Positions 1 through 64,000 are shown, numbered from the stretch's first letter. The stretch: DNA of 64,000 bases from Macrostomum hystrix (GCA_950097015.1 CATNEN010000008.1:2294001-2358000), one strand, 5' to 3'. Notes: generated from the sequence alone by a model not told the origin. Numbers and translations are program-made.

Positions 1-202
1 ATGCACTTGTATATAGTTTATTTATTACGACTGATTTCATAAGCCAAATGATAAACTTCATTATATTATTATTATTCTATTTGAAATGAGCGATTATGGG
101 GTGCAAGTCGCTTATACTCGTAATTAAACATTTTGATGTCTGACGGCAAGGGGAAGAAAAAAATATTTTTTGGGGTGCAGCGTGCACTCTAGCGCCAGCC
201 AA

Positions 203-356
203 CCAATGGAACTCGGCTTGGGGGTAGGAAGTGAATGACTCATCAGGGCTGTGCCGGACTACTTCAAACCGATTCTATTGATCGTTTCTGATTGGCTAGG
301 CGTAAAAAATAAAGCTGACATTGGTCGCTAATCTATGCCTGCCCGGCTATATTTAA
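203..356 (+). promoter_or_regulatory. Core promoter of the secreted-protein gene: CCAAT boxes (203-207; reverse ATTGG at 291-295 and 320-324) and TATA-like TATATTTAA (348-356)
   Basis: Motifs read directly; the TATA-like element ends about 52 nt upstream of the ATG. Confidence 0.5.
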
Positions 357-408
357 GCCAGCTGAATGTTTGATTGTCGTGAGTATCACCTGATTCAAAA
401 GTTACAGA

Positions 409-1020
409 ATGACTCAATTAAAACTGTTCTGCGTGTGCTTCTTAGCAATTTCCGCCGTACTGGCAAGTGCAGCCTCGGCCGGTGATCGCAAAGATAATCC
501 AGACAATCGCGGTAAAGGACGCAATGAACTTCAGCCGAAAGCTCACAGCGGAAGATACGACCAGCAAAGATTAAACTATTACTATTACAGTGGTCGTCGT
601 CTGGGTAGACCTTACAAATATGGATATTACTATGCCGGCAGTAGCAAGCACGGAAAGCCGCGCTATCGTTGGCGCCACGGCAACGGCAAGCGACGTCGCT
701 ACGGCAAGAAGTACGTAGTCTATGGCGAGCGTCGCTACGGCAAGAAGTACGTAGTCTATGGCGAGCGTCGCTACGGCAACAAGTGGCACGATAGGCGCGT
801 GAAGAACGACAAGCGTAGAAGCCACTCCAAATTTGAAAAGTTTAGAAAGCCGAGGAAGGGCTATTGGAGACACGGCAAATGGTACGCCAAGAAATCTGAC
901 AAGAAATCTGACAAGAAGTCTGACAAGAAGTCCGACAACTCTGACAAGAAGCCCACGGACAAACCGGACAAAAAACCCATAGACAAACCGGACATAAAGC
1001 CTACTTTTGTGCCAGTTTAG
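409..1020 (+). CDS. Intronless secreted, highly basic Tyr/Lys/Arg/Gly-rich protein (203 aa), function unknown
   Basis: Clear signal peptide (MTQLKLFCVCFLAISAVLASAASA). Internal 12-aa repeat RRYGKKYVVYGE x2 and SDKK/KPxD repeats. TATA-like and CCAAT boxes upstream; GC-richer than the flanks. Confidence 0.8.
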   Translation: MTQLKLFCVCFLAISAVLASAASAGDRKDNPDNRGKGRNELQPKAHSGRYDQQRLNYYYYSGRRLGRPYKYGYYYAGSSKHGKPRYRWRHGNGKRRRYGKKYVVYGERRYGKKYVVYGERRYGNKWHDRRVKNDKRRSHSKFEKFRKPRKGYWRHGKWYAKKSDKKSDKKSDKKSDNSDKKPTDKPDKKPIDKPDIKPTFVPV

Positions 1021-1620
1021 ACTTTTTAATTTTGCCTTGCTAGTGTTTAAAATGAGCATTTCGAATATGTATTGCACATCTAATATAACAAATATTGCAT
1101 TACTTTTAATTAGTTTTAAGTTTTTGATACTGAAATATATACTTCAAGTACTCTCGTGCATTCGTTTAATTAATAGTTATAGCAGCTTGTAAGCATACAG
1201 ATCGTGTCTTTTTATTATATTTTATTTCATGACTGAAGTGCATCGAAAATGTGAGGTTCCCAGAATCTTTAATTTCTACTTGCAGTAGTGCAAGTGGGAT
1301 ACGATGCACTAAAAATGCGAGTAAAGTTCTAAAGAATAATGAAGTTTGTAAACTGCAAATTATCTGTAAGAATATTTACCCCAATTCCAGTATTTCATTT
1401 CTGAAATGCTGTTGCCTGAGAATCTACTTGTAGCAAGCAGCATTCCCAGCTGTGATTTTAGTCTAGTTAGTCGATGTGATTTTGACAGTCGATAGTTTCT
1501 GTCAGTGACCACTCATTATAATGATTGCGTAACGCTATTCGCATTGGGATTATTTTTCCCCTTATTCTAAGCTGCCTTAGATTCAGTTGCATTTTCTTTT
1601 TATATAAAATTATAAATTTA

Positions 1621-1805
1621 CCATGGGTGAAGCTTGATCAGAATGGATTGCTAGTCTATACCATGGGTGAAGCTGGATCAGAATGGATTGCTAGTCTATA
1701 CCATGGGTGAAGCTGGATCAGAATGGATTGCTAGTCTATACCATGGGTGAAGCTGGATCAGAATGGATTGCTAGTCTATACCATGGGTGAAGCTGGATCA
1801 GAATG
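1621..1805. repeat. 40-bp tandem repeat, about 4.6 copies (CCATGGGTGAAGCTGGATCAGAATGGATTGCTAGTCTATA)
   Basis: Read directly. Confidence 0.95.
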
Positions 1806-1849
<44 letters not shown>

Positions 1850-1863
1850 ATCTATCTATCTAT
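1805..1863. repeat. (TATC)n microsatellite
   Basis: Read directly. Confidence 0.95.
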
Positions 1864-2937
1864 CCCCGCATTCGCTGCCAAAGGCCGTATCGAATTAGTG
1901 GATCTTACAATCCCGGGCCAGCTACATTTAGACTCGACCCCGATCCCCTAAGGGGAGAATTGGGCGTGGTGCAGACGAGTAGAAACGCAGACAGAGGGGA
2001 GAGAATAGACTGGCCAAGGAGTGAAATTCCAGTCGTCAAGCGGAGTCTTGGGGATATCTTCCCCATTCGCCATCCCCAGTTGAGAATCCATCTGCGCTCG
2101 CTCCCAATAGATCCCCCTGACTGGAGTTGCATTTCTTCCCCTCTCCAATCCCAGCAGCTTATATCCCCTTTTCGATTCATCAAAATTCGAAGCCAGCAGA
2201 TCTGGCCTCACGCACGCGAGCAATATAGCCTTCCTGCGGCCCGGTTCCCATCTCGCATATCCCAGGAAATCTCCCAAAAATACAGCATCTCCCGTTGGGG
2301 CTTAAATCATTCAAACTGGCTTGCCTGTTGCTGCTGCTGCTGCTGCTGTACTGTATTTTTTATTCTGATCATTCTGCCGCACTGGTGTCACTGCCAGTCT
2401 AGAGTTGTGAGCAAAAAATATCCGGGGGGTTGCAAACTTTCCGGGGGGGCGGCAAAGTACTTCCGCCTCGGTAACAGCGAACATGGGATAATGCTGTCAG
2501 AAACGAACAAGCAGCACTTTGCTCAATATTTATAATACTCAAACTAATACTCAATGATGAAATAAAACTAATCTCTTTCACTGTCGCATAGAATCTCATT
2601 TCTGTGAATCCTTCAAGTGCTGGCTGCACAGTTTGCATTGGTTGGCCTTAATCAGACATTCCCAGCTCACACGTCAGCTGTCCAGATTTCCCCCGGGCTT
2701 CCAAGCTCCGGTGTGACAAGCTCAGCTGAGTCTTCGTCCGGCGGCGGGGGGGGGGCGGCCCACGCCTCATCAGCTGACGGCATCGACAATCGAGCTGACA
2801 GTCAAATCTGCGATGCCAGCCATGGCACAGGGCCCACAGCCCCCAGCTACTGAAGTCGATGCAATCAATTCATTCGGAATAAGAAAATATATTGCAAACT
2901 TATTCACACACTGTTTCACTGTCAAACTATGTCTTCC

Positions 2938-5900
2938 TCACCTACTCACCACCCCCTTGCCCATCTACTCACCACCCCTTGCCCATCTACTCACCACCCC
3001 TTGCCCATCTACTCACCACCCCTTGCTCATCTACTCACCACAGCCTTGCTTATCTACTCACCACCCCTTGCTCATCTACTCACCACAGCCTTGCTTATCT
3101 ACTCACCACCCCCTTGCCCATCTACTCACCACCCCTTGCTCATCTACTCACCACCCCTTGCTCATCTACTCACCACAGCCTTGCTCATCTACTCACCACC
3201 CCCTTGCTCATCTACTCACCACAGCCTTGCTCATCTACTCACCACCCCCTTGCTCATCTACTCACCACAGCCTTGCTCATCTACTCACCACAGCCTTGCT
3301 TATCTACTCACCACCCCTTGCTCATCTACTCACCACAGCCTTGCTCATCTACTCACCACAGCCTTGCTCATCTACTCACCACAGCCTTGCTCATCTACTC
3401 ACCACCCCCTTGCTCATCTACTCACCACAGCCTTGCTCATCTACTCACCACAGCCTTGCTCATCTACTCACCACAGCCTTGCTTATCTACTCACCACCCC
3501 TTGCTCATCTACTCACCACCCCCTTGCCCATCTACTCACCACCCCTTGCTCATCTACTCACCACAGCCTTGCTCATCTACTCACCACCCCCTTGCCCATC
3601 TACTCACCACCCCTTGCTCATCTACTCACCACAGCCTTGCTCATCTACTCACCACAGCCTTGCTCATCTACTCACCACCCCTTGCTCATCTACTCACCAC
3701 AGCCTTGCCAATCTACTCACCACAGCCTTACTCATCTACTCACCACAGCCTTGCTTATCTACTCACCACAGCCTTGCTCATCTACTCACCACAGCCTTGC
3801 TCATCTACTCACCACAGCCTTGCTCATCTACTCACCACAGCCTTGCTTATCTACTCACCACCCCTTGCTCATCTACTCACCACAGCCTTGCTCATCTACT
3901 CACCACAGCCTTGCTCATCTACTCACCACAGCCTTGCTCATCTACTCACCACCCCCTTGCTCATCTACTCACCACCCCCTTGCCCATCTACTCACCACCC
4001 CTTGCTCATCTACTCACCACAGCCTTGCTCATCTACTCACCACAGCCTTGCTCATCTACTCACCACAGCCTTGCTCATCTACTCACCACCCCTTGCTCAT
4101 CTACTCACCACAGCCTTGCTCATCTACTCACCACCCCCTTGCCCATCTACTCACCACCCCTTGCCCATCTACTCACCACCCCTTGCTCATCTACTCACCA
4201 CAGCCTTGCTCATCTACTCACCACCCCCTTGCCCATCTACTCACCACCCCTTGCTCATCTACTCACCACAGCCTTGCTCATCTACTCACCACAGCCTTGC
4301 TCATCTACTCACCACCCCTTGCTCATCTACTCACCACCCCTTGCCAATCTACTCACCACAGCCTTGCTCATCTACTCACCACAGCCTTGCTCATCTACTC
4401 ACCACCCCTTGCTCATCTACTCACCACCCCTTGCCAATCTACTCACCACAGCCTTGCTCATCTACTCACCACAGCCTTGCCAATCTACTCACCACCCCCT
4501 TGCCCATCTACTCACCACCCCTTGCTCATCTACTCACCACAGCCTTGCTCATCTACTCACCACCCCCTTGCTCATCTACTCACCACAGCCTTGCTTATCT
4601 ACTCACCACCCCTTGCTCATCTACTCACCACAGCCTTGCTCATCTACTCACCACAGCCTTGCTTATCTACTCACCACCCCTTGCTCATCCACTCACCACA
4701 GCCTTGCTCATCTACTCACCACAGCCTTGCTCATCTACTCACCACCCCCTTGCTCATCTACTCACCACCCCCTTGCCCATCTACTCACCACCCCTTGCTC
4801 ATCTACTCACCACAGCCTTGCTCATCTACTCACCACAGCCTTGCTCATCTACTCACCACAGCCTTGCTCATCTACTCACCACAGCCTTGCTCATCTACTC
4901 ACCACAGCCTTGCTCATCTACTCACCACCCCCTTGCTCATCTACTCACCACAGCCTTGCTCATCTACTCACCACAGCCTTGCTTATCTACTCACCACCCC
5001 TTGCTCATCTACTCACCACAGCCTTGCTCATCTACTCACCACAGCCTTGCTCATCTACTCACCACAGCCTTGCTCATCTACTCACCACCCCCTTGCTCAT
5101 CTACTCACCACAGCCTTGCTCATCTACTCACCACAGCCTTGCTCATCTACTCACCACAGCCTTGCTTATCTACTCACCACCCCTTGCTCATCTACTCACC
5201 ACCCCCTTGCCCATCTACTCACCACCCCTTGCTCATCTACTCACCACAGCCTTGCTCATCTACTCACCACCCCCTTGCCCATCTACTCACCACCCCTTGC
5301 TCATCTACTCACCACAGCCTTGCTCATCTACTCACCACAGCCTTGCTCATCTACTCACCACCCCTTGCTCATCTACTCACCACAGCCTTGCCAATCTACT
5401 CACCACAGCCTTACTCATCTACTCACCACAGCCTTGCTTATCTACTCACCACAGCCTTGCTCATCTACTCACCACAGCCTTGCTCATCTACTCACCACAG
5501 CCTTGCTCATCTACTCACCACAGCCTTGCTTATCTACTCACCACCCCTTGCTCATCTACTCACCACAGCCTTGCTCATCTACTCACCACAGCCTTGCTCA
5601 TCTACTCACCACAGCCTTGCTCATCTACTCACCACCCCCTTGCTCATCTACTCACCACCCCCTTGCCTATCTACTCACCACCCCTTGCTCATCTACTCAC
5701 CACAGCCTTGCTCATCTACTCACCACAGCCTTGCTCATCTACTCACCACCCCCTTGCTCATCTACTCACCACAGCCTTGCCAATCTACTCACCACAGCCT
5801 TACTCATCTACTCACCACAGCCTTGCTTATCTACTCACCACAGCCTTGCTCATCTACTCACCACAGCCTTGCTCATCTACTCACCACAGCCTTGCTCATC

Positions 5901-6210
5901 TACTCACCACAGCCTTGCTTATCTACTCACCACCCCTTGCTCATCTACTCACCACAGCCTTGCTCATCTACTCACCACAGCCTTGCTCATCTACTCACCA
6001 CAGCCTTGCTCATCTACTCACCACCCCCTTGCTCATCTACTCACCACCCCCTTGCCCATCTACTCACCACCCCTTGCTCATCTACTCACCACAGCCTTGC
6101 TCATCTACTCACCACAGCCTTGCTCATCTACTCACCACCCCCTTGCTCATCTACTCACCACAGCCTTGCTCATCTACTCACCACAGCCTTGCTCATCTAC
6201 TCACCTTCCC
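2938..6210. repeat. 22/23-bp minisatellite (CTACTCACCACAGCCTTGCTCAT), about 140 copies, intergenic
   Basis: Read directly; stop-free in all three plus frames, which produces the three ~1130-aa artefact ORFs. Confidence 0.97.
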
Positions 6211-6684
6211 TTCCTCATCTACTTAACTCACCTTCCTCTTCTACTCACTACCCCCTTGCTCATCAACTCGCCTCTGATCATCCTAAATTTAGAAGTGCAC
6301 GGCCTTAAAAAATGAAAAAGCAACACGGGAACCTTTTTGATTAGATATTTTCTGAAGCTCACAGTTAAAAAACGCAATTTATAAAACATTTTCAACGCTA
6401 TTTATCATTCATAGTTGGACAGGTTTTTTAAGTTAGGTTAGTGTAAATGATGCTAAACTTGCTGTGAAAGTGAATAGTTAATTTTCATCGGCAGTAGAAC
6501 GACAGAAATCTCACAAGAAATAGCACATTATCATAATGATTTAAAACAGGCTTTTACGTGGACAATTAGAAGCAATGGAATTTACTTAGACAAACTCACA
6601 GATGTGGCAACACTTAGTAAGCAGCACAGATTTTAAGAGGCCATTATTTTAACGGAGACAGTAAACATATTTATAAACTATTAA

Positions 6685-6690
6685 TTTATT
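6685..6690 (-). other. Candidate polyadenylation signal (AATAAA) of the teneurin gene
   Basis: AATAAA on the minus strand about 440 nt downstream of the stop codon. Confidence 0.4.
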
Positions 6691-6985
6691 GCACATCCAT
6701 TTGAAATAAAAACATTAAGGACACAATGAGAACACAATAGGCAAAGTATGAGACAAGTTGTAATTTTAACAGGCTTCTATGAGAACTAAAAAACGAGTCG
6801 AAGGAAAACAATTAGAAGCTAGCAAGCAGTAGATGTTCGAAATTAGCATTAATGCAATGCTGTACAGTGAAAGACATTGTACTTCATATTTTGGGAAGGT
6901 GTAGTTATTTTTAAATCAATTAAAATAATAAAAGACACTAAATGTGTGAAGGAAATTTCTACTTCTCTAACTTTAAAATTCTCAC

Positions 6986-7095
6986 CCCTAACACTGGACA
7001 TTGTCACTCCTAACACTGGACATTGTCACTCCTAACACTGGACATTGTCACTCCTAACACTGGACATTGTCACTCCTCACCCCGAACAATGTCAC
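6986..7095. repeat. 22-bp repeat, about 4-5 copies (CTCCTAACACTGGACATTGTCA), in the teneurin 3' UTR
   Basis: Read directly. Confidence 0.9.
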
Positions 7096-7129
7096 TCTCC
7101 AGACGAGTTGGTCTCCGTTGAGTCGCAGG

Positions 7130-58250
<51,121 letters not shown>

Positions 58251-59803
58251 CGCTTTATTGGCTGCGTCAGACAGTTCTACTATATAGAAACTTGGAATTC
58301 AACTAATTTCTGCCTTGCCGCCTGGCTGTTTATTGCATTCTCACTTCCGAGACGCCCCTCGTCTGTGCTGTAAAAAAATCTGAAATTGTCGATTTCCGCT
58401 CTTTAGCTAGAACCGAGCAGGCAGTTGGCAGAGCAGATAGCAGCTTTTTATAATTTGAGCTTATCTGTGAGCGGCTATGCTCTGTATAATAGTAGTGCTG
58501 TTATTTTTATTAGTTATTGAGTAACGGGCTGGTGGAGTCGGTAAAAACTTTGTGAAATAGCAAGTGGCTTCTCTTGCTCTATCTCTCTCCTTCTCTCTTT
58601 GCCTCTTCTTCTCTGCTTTCCTTCCTTATCGGAGTCCCAGTCGATTTATATTTATAACTGCTGTGGCCTTGCCCAATGCCACCCAGGCCTCTCTAAACTT
58701 TGTGCCATTGGGGAACCAAAGAGGTCCGCCTCATCTCATTGGGCAGTGTCGCAGTTCGCATTGGGTCTAAAGGGAAAGGGGATGAGGCTGACAGGGGCAA
58801 GGCTGCGCTCATTGGACGGACCGGAATGGCACCCTTGGGGCCATTGTTTTCTGTCTAAGAGCGCGTATGCAATGACTGGATTAAGGGGGAAGGGGGAACA
58901 GTGTTCCGCACGTGTTCCGGAACTTGAGACACTACTATATTTAGTAGCATGAGAAGTAAATCTTTGTTCGAAGAACAGGTTTTTTAGAGAACATTACATT
59001 GTGTGTAAATTCGCCCAGACTTTAAATCGTCACTGTGCCTTAGCGGTTGACCCTCATGATCGAACAACGGAAGCTTTGGTTTGGAAGACTGACTATTAAG
59101 TAAACATGGATTTTTTGTGTGTAAAAATCGGTAGGGATTGAAATGCTGCCTAACTGAATCAAATTGGATTGGATGTATCAGCTGTGTTTTGTTAGCTTTT
59201 ATTCGGTGAGCATTTCTAAAAAGAACTCTGTGGTGCAAAGTGGAGCGAACGAAATTATTGAATAATCATATAAGTATTAAACGATTTCCACATCGATTTA
59301 CTTGTGATCAACGTAGACTAAAAATAATTACGTAGGTTACCAAAATAAACTGTTACGCTGTCGATGACAAATTAGAAGCCTTCACAAAGTTCACAAAGTT
59401 TTTACCGACTCCACCAGTCCGTTACTCAATAACTAATAAAAATAACAGCACTACTAACAGCACTATATTATACAGATATGATGTAAGTTTTTGAAGTAAG
59501 CTTCTTGGAAAATCTTTTGTCGCGGAGTACAAACAGAAAGTGTAAAAAATATAAACTTTTGGATCTTTTATGTGTCTTAAAAGATACTGATATGTGTCAA
59601 TTATACGGTACCAATAGAACTGCCTTCATCAGATTTGTTTAAAAAGAACGCACTTGTTTAAAAGGTAGGAAATTACATAATAAGAGTTGCTAAGACTTCG
59701 TTTCTAATGTAATCTCTTTAACTAAAAAGCCAAAGCAAATCTAGCTAGGTTTCGCTATACAGTCTCTACTTCGTATCAGATAAGAAAAATTAATAACGGA
59801 AGG

Positions 59804-62275
59804 ATGGGTTGGAAATTGAAGAAAAGGGACGATGTTGAACCAATTCTACCACTTAAGCGATGCTTCTGTTTCGACAACCGAATGGGTACATTCGTTGGCA
59901 GTATTATTATAATCGTAAGTTTTTTAGAAATTTGACTTGGTCTTGGTCTTTGATTTTTATTGAATGTTATTATGAATTGTATTAGTTCACGTTGAGTTAA
60001 ATTGGTCATTTTTGGTAATTGCAAGAAATTAAAATACAACAATTATATTCTCTGTATTCATCATAAATCTTTTTTCATTTTTTGTTTTTTTTGGACACCT
60101 TTCTTTACTATTTTTTTCATTAAAAAGTAAATCAAATGTTAAGTAGAAAACATAAATTGAGGTACTATATAGAGTTTTATTATAATTTTATTTATAACAA
60201 AGATTTTTTACAAATTAAGTTTTCAAGTAGTAGGCAGTTTTTAGTTACTTTTTTCTATTTGTATCAAGAGTTTTTGCTAACATAACACATGTATTTAATT
60301 GTATTTATCCTGTATTTATATGCATGTCTGATTAAAAAGCATTCACATTTATTATTGTACTAACTATTTTTTCCAACTTAATAGCATTATAGAATGAGTA
60401 TGACAGGAAAAAATTAAAGTGAAGACTTGAGAAGTTAATGAGGATTACATGGTGTAAGATAAGTGCTAATATGTTATATTAGCCTGCAATGATTGACTAT
60501 AGAATGCATTTAAATGAATGAATTCACCTCTCAACACAATAAATGAACATATTTTAAAACCAAAATTTAAACAGATCTGCACCTTTGTTGAGTTAATCAC
60601 AGTCATTTTGGACTGGTTTACCTATGATGAACAGCGCAACTTTAACATCATGGGTGCCTTTCGGTCTTACTGGAAACGATTGTTCTGGAAAGGTTTTGTC
60701 ATTTGTGATGGTGTTATGACTTTGGCCCACTGTCTACTGCTGGCCATATCAATCTTTACAGTTTTTGCTATTCTTCAGCCAACCAAATTTGTAAGTTAAA
60801 TCTCTGAGCAATGATTCGCTGTTCAGGTTTGCTGAAATTCAGGAGAGCTGTTTGTTCTGTCATTCAGGAAGAGCTTTAATAATAATGCAGGAGGGCTGCA
60901 GGCAATTGCACATAATTTGGTGACACTAGACATGCAGCCATCGAGGAGGCAATTCTGCCCATTTCGCTGACTCCTGAGCACATATGCACACAGATACCAT
61001 CCATACTCAGGCATACCCTCACACAGGTGTGTATATCTGCCCTGACTTTCTCATCGTCAGGCAGTGTACATTTCACTGTGACTTGGAGGTTGGCTCTCAA
61101 GGGTGTAAATTGCACAACAAGCCCCCAAAGCCTCCTCTCTGCAGCTGCACCCCAAATAAATGTGGCCTCGCCGTGGAATCGAACTTAGGGACCATGGTGC
61201 GAGAGGCAAACGTGTTAGCTGCTCTGCCACCGACTCCCTAAGAGCTTTGGTTATTTTTTAATCAAGAAGAGCCTTGTTTGTTCTGTCATGCAGTTGAGCT
61301 TTTGTTTGTTCTAGGAATTCAGGAGAGCTGTCTGCTGTTCTAAGAATTCAGGAGAGCTGTCTGCTGTTCTAAGAATTCAGGAGAGCTGTCTGCTGTTCTA
61401 AGAATTCAGGAGAGCTGTCTGCTGTTCTAAGAATTTAGGAGAGCTGTCTGTTTTTCTAAGAATTCTGGAGAGCTGTCTGCTGTTCTAAGAATTCAGGAGA
61501 GCTGTCTGCTGTTCTAAGAATTCAGGAGAGCTGTCTGCTGTTCTAAGAATTCAGGAGAGCTGTCTGCTGTTCTAAGAATTCAGGAGAGCTGTCTGCTGTT
61601 CTAAGAATTCAGGAGAGCTGTCTGCTGTTCTAAGAATTCAGGAGAGCTGTCTGCTGTTCTAAGAATTCAGGAGAGCTGTCTGCTGTTCTAAGAATTCAGG
61701 AGAGCTGTCTGCTGTTCTAAGAATTCAGGAGAGCTGTCTGCTGTTCTGGGAATTTAGGAAGAGCTAATTTTCAGTGCTGCACACATTGACAGAAAATCTA
61801 CAAACTGAAGCCAATTCTGAAGGCCTACTACATTCTGCTAACTTTGCACATCCTTGTTGAGCTTGGTATTAGCTGCTACATCTACTCTTGGTACGGCCTA
61901 GCTGGCTGGGTAAGTATTTTTCTAATCGAACATTTTGTGATAGTCAGCACACGAGGATTTCACTAATTGATTCGCATCTTTGTCTAACAGCGCCTGCCAT
62001 TCCTGGTGTGGAAGAATCTGTTCTATCTACTTCGCCTAGTGTGCAACGTGAGCTTCTGCATTGTGATCTATTCCTATTGTTGCGAAATCACCGAGGAGTT
62101 GAACCTGGGCCAGACAATGGACGAAGAATTTGGCGTCTCCACTGATAAACTTCGGAGCAAGGAATCCGATTTGCCAATGCCGGGTGGCATTTCCAACTAT
62201 GCCAGTGGCTTCAACCACGGCTTCGATGCTAGGAATCCATACGATGATACTGGCGGCGTTTATGCCAATGCTTGA
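59804..62275 (+). CDS. Four-TM membrane protein (242 aa, LAPTM4/Mtp-like topology): join(59804-59914,60575-60790,61793-61909,61991-62275)
   Basis: Three GT-AG introns, all phase 0, 729 nt. Protein: MGWKLKK...RCFCFDNRMGTFVGSIIII|ICTFVELITVILDW...LLLAISIFTVFAILQPTKF|KIYKLKPILKAYYILLTLHILVELGISCYIYSWYGLAGW|RLPFLVWKNLFYLLRLVCNVSFCIVIYSYCCE..., then an acidic cytoplasmic tail. Confidence 0.85.
61310..61765. repeat. 29-bp minisatellite (AGGAGAGCTGTCTGCTGTTCTAAGAATTC) in intron 2 of the four-TM gene
   Basis: Read directly. Confidence 0.95.
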
Positions 62276-64000
62276 TCTGAGTTTCTAGTAGGCAAATCTA
62301 AGGCATTAAAATTACTTGGTGTTATAGAGTTCACTTTGTCGTATCGAAGGACGTCATGTGTTTTTTTAACAACAAATCATTTTAAAGAAATAAGAGTTAT
62401 GGTATCAAAACTAATTAACCTACCTTCATTTTTATTGCTTCGAAGATTTTTGCGCATCTTTTTTTAGTTTTCTTTTTGTCTCTCGATTTTTTTATTTTTG
62501 TTTCATTTTCTTAAGTTTACTTTAGCAGGCTTGTAAATTTTCTGCCTTATTCGTTTCCTGGCCCATGACATTGCTTAACTGCCCAGCATTGATCAAGTAA
62601 CAAAGATCGATTAAGATCAGAGATAGCACACATAGGCTTGAGTATGCTGTGATATTATTATAAAAAACTTCCACTGCGTGGTCTAATATTTATGCTTTGC
62701 CGAATACATTTTAGGCGCGTCCATTATTACTCTACTAACAGTAGCAAGTAAAAAACACGTTTGCCAATTTTCGCACTTACTTTTTACATTGTTTTTAGAA
62801 AACAATATTTAGTTTCACGCTAAGACGCTCAATTAGTTAGTTCTTTCCCAAACTCTTCCACGATATGCATTGAACGCTTTCAGATTGTTCCGAATCGGTT
62901 GGCGTAAAAGCAATGGTTTAAGTTACATTTTTTGCTCTTCCACGAATAAGTCTGAAAACACCGTTCCTCCAAATTTTTTTTAAATATCCTTTACAGAGCT
63001 GTCATTGGATCTAAATCGTAACTATTTTTATATTCTGAGGCTGTCGATCTCAAGTATTATCCGTTACAGTAATAGCTAAAGTCCTTTACTCTCTGTGCTT
63101 TTTACTGTACTAAATGGTTCTAAAAAACGCTATCATTTTAAGTAGCACTAAATATTTATTGCTGAATTGCTGTGCGTGCACTTGTCAATCAAATCAAAGA
63201 TAGGCACCCAATCTGTAATTCGTTTTGATATATTAAAACCTTAGTGTGTCCATTTGTTATTAACTTGTATATTTTTACTACTGATACCATTTTATCTACT
63301 AGTATATTAGAAGCCTTGTTGCATCAATCAAATCGTCATCTACATTACAGCAGTGTACATATAAATATCATCAGTTTTCGCAGTAGCCAAAACGTTGACA
63401 AATTATAAATAGTGTTCTTTAATTTGGTTGTTTGACTGGCAAAAGCTCAAAAGCTAAATATATAAAACCGATATATAAAAACGATCTGCCTAGAATGATA
63501 GGCTCAAACGACCTCGAGTTATTTTCGAGCAAATTATGTAAATTAAAAATCTTGTTGGTCGCACGTTATTCTTAAAAAGTTTTACATTATTTATTTAATT
63601 ATATGTTTCGCACTCCAAGGCGCGTCTTTAGGTATATTGTTCGGAACGAAAGTAAAACGAACAAGCCACAAGGAGAATTTATGAATACTTTAATTAATAA
63701 ATAAGCCTAGGGATGCTAAAATACCGGACTTGCCCAAAACCGGGATCCTGCGGTATTCAATACCTTTTATAAACAAAGCTATATAAAAACAATGTGAGCT
63801 TAATGTTGGGCATGCTGTACTAAGATAAACGGATTTGCACTTGCTCCAGATCAAAAGCAATAGTTTATTATGTTCTGAAAAAATGACATTTTCCTATCTC
63901 CGCAGTGTATTTTTTCCAGGTAATCGGCCTTCTAAAAATTTACACAATCTTTGAGTTTCCCGTCCTGTTATACTACAGTGGTCCTTGGATGCACATAGGA

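Noticed and set aside
571-1077. Antisense hydrophobic ORF (168 aa)
   Set aside because: It is the shadow of the K/R/Y-rich sense gene, which has the signal peptide and promoter.
2813-6315. Three ~1130-aa ORFs (mucin-like in appearance)
   Set aside because: All three frames are open only because the 22/23-bp unit lacks stops. Unit-length variation shuffles the frames, and there is no signal peptide or unique domain.
63708-63760. TAGGGATG... possible hAT terminal repeat
   Set aside because: I found no partner TIR or TSD inside the window, so it cannot be supported.

Overview
This window is eukaryotic (metazoan) genomic DNA, not prokaryotic: GC-rich exons with GT-AG introns sit among AT-rich, tandem-repeat-laden introns. 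The organism cannot be identified from sequence alone; the style resembles a free-living flatworm such as Macrostomum, which is inference only. The main feature is a complete teneurin gene on the minus strand. I reconstructed 21 coding exons by hand (58250 to 7130); all splice phases are compatible, and the CDS is 8913 nt (2970 aa). It encodes a Q/P-rich intracellular domain, one TM helix, 8 EGF repeats, a Cys-rich region, an FN-plug/NHL propeller, a YD shell and a C-terminal Tox-GHH/TCAP-like domain. A four-exon gene for a 242-aa four-TM protein lies head-to-head with it (59804-62275, +). An intronless gene for a secreted, highly cationic Tyr/Lys/Arg/Gly-rich protein lies at 409-1020 (+). About 30 unrelated mini/microsatellite arrays fill the introns and the intergenic region, and these explain nearly all long low-complexity ORFs in the track. 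One intact hAT MITE has perfect TIRs and an 8-bp TSD. No CRISPR, rRNA or tRNA is supported.
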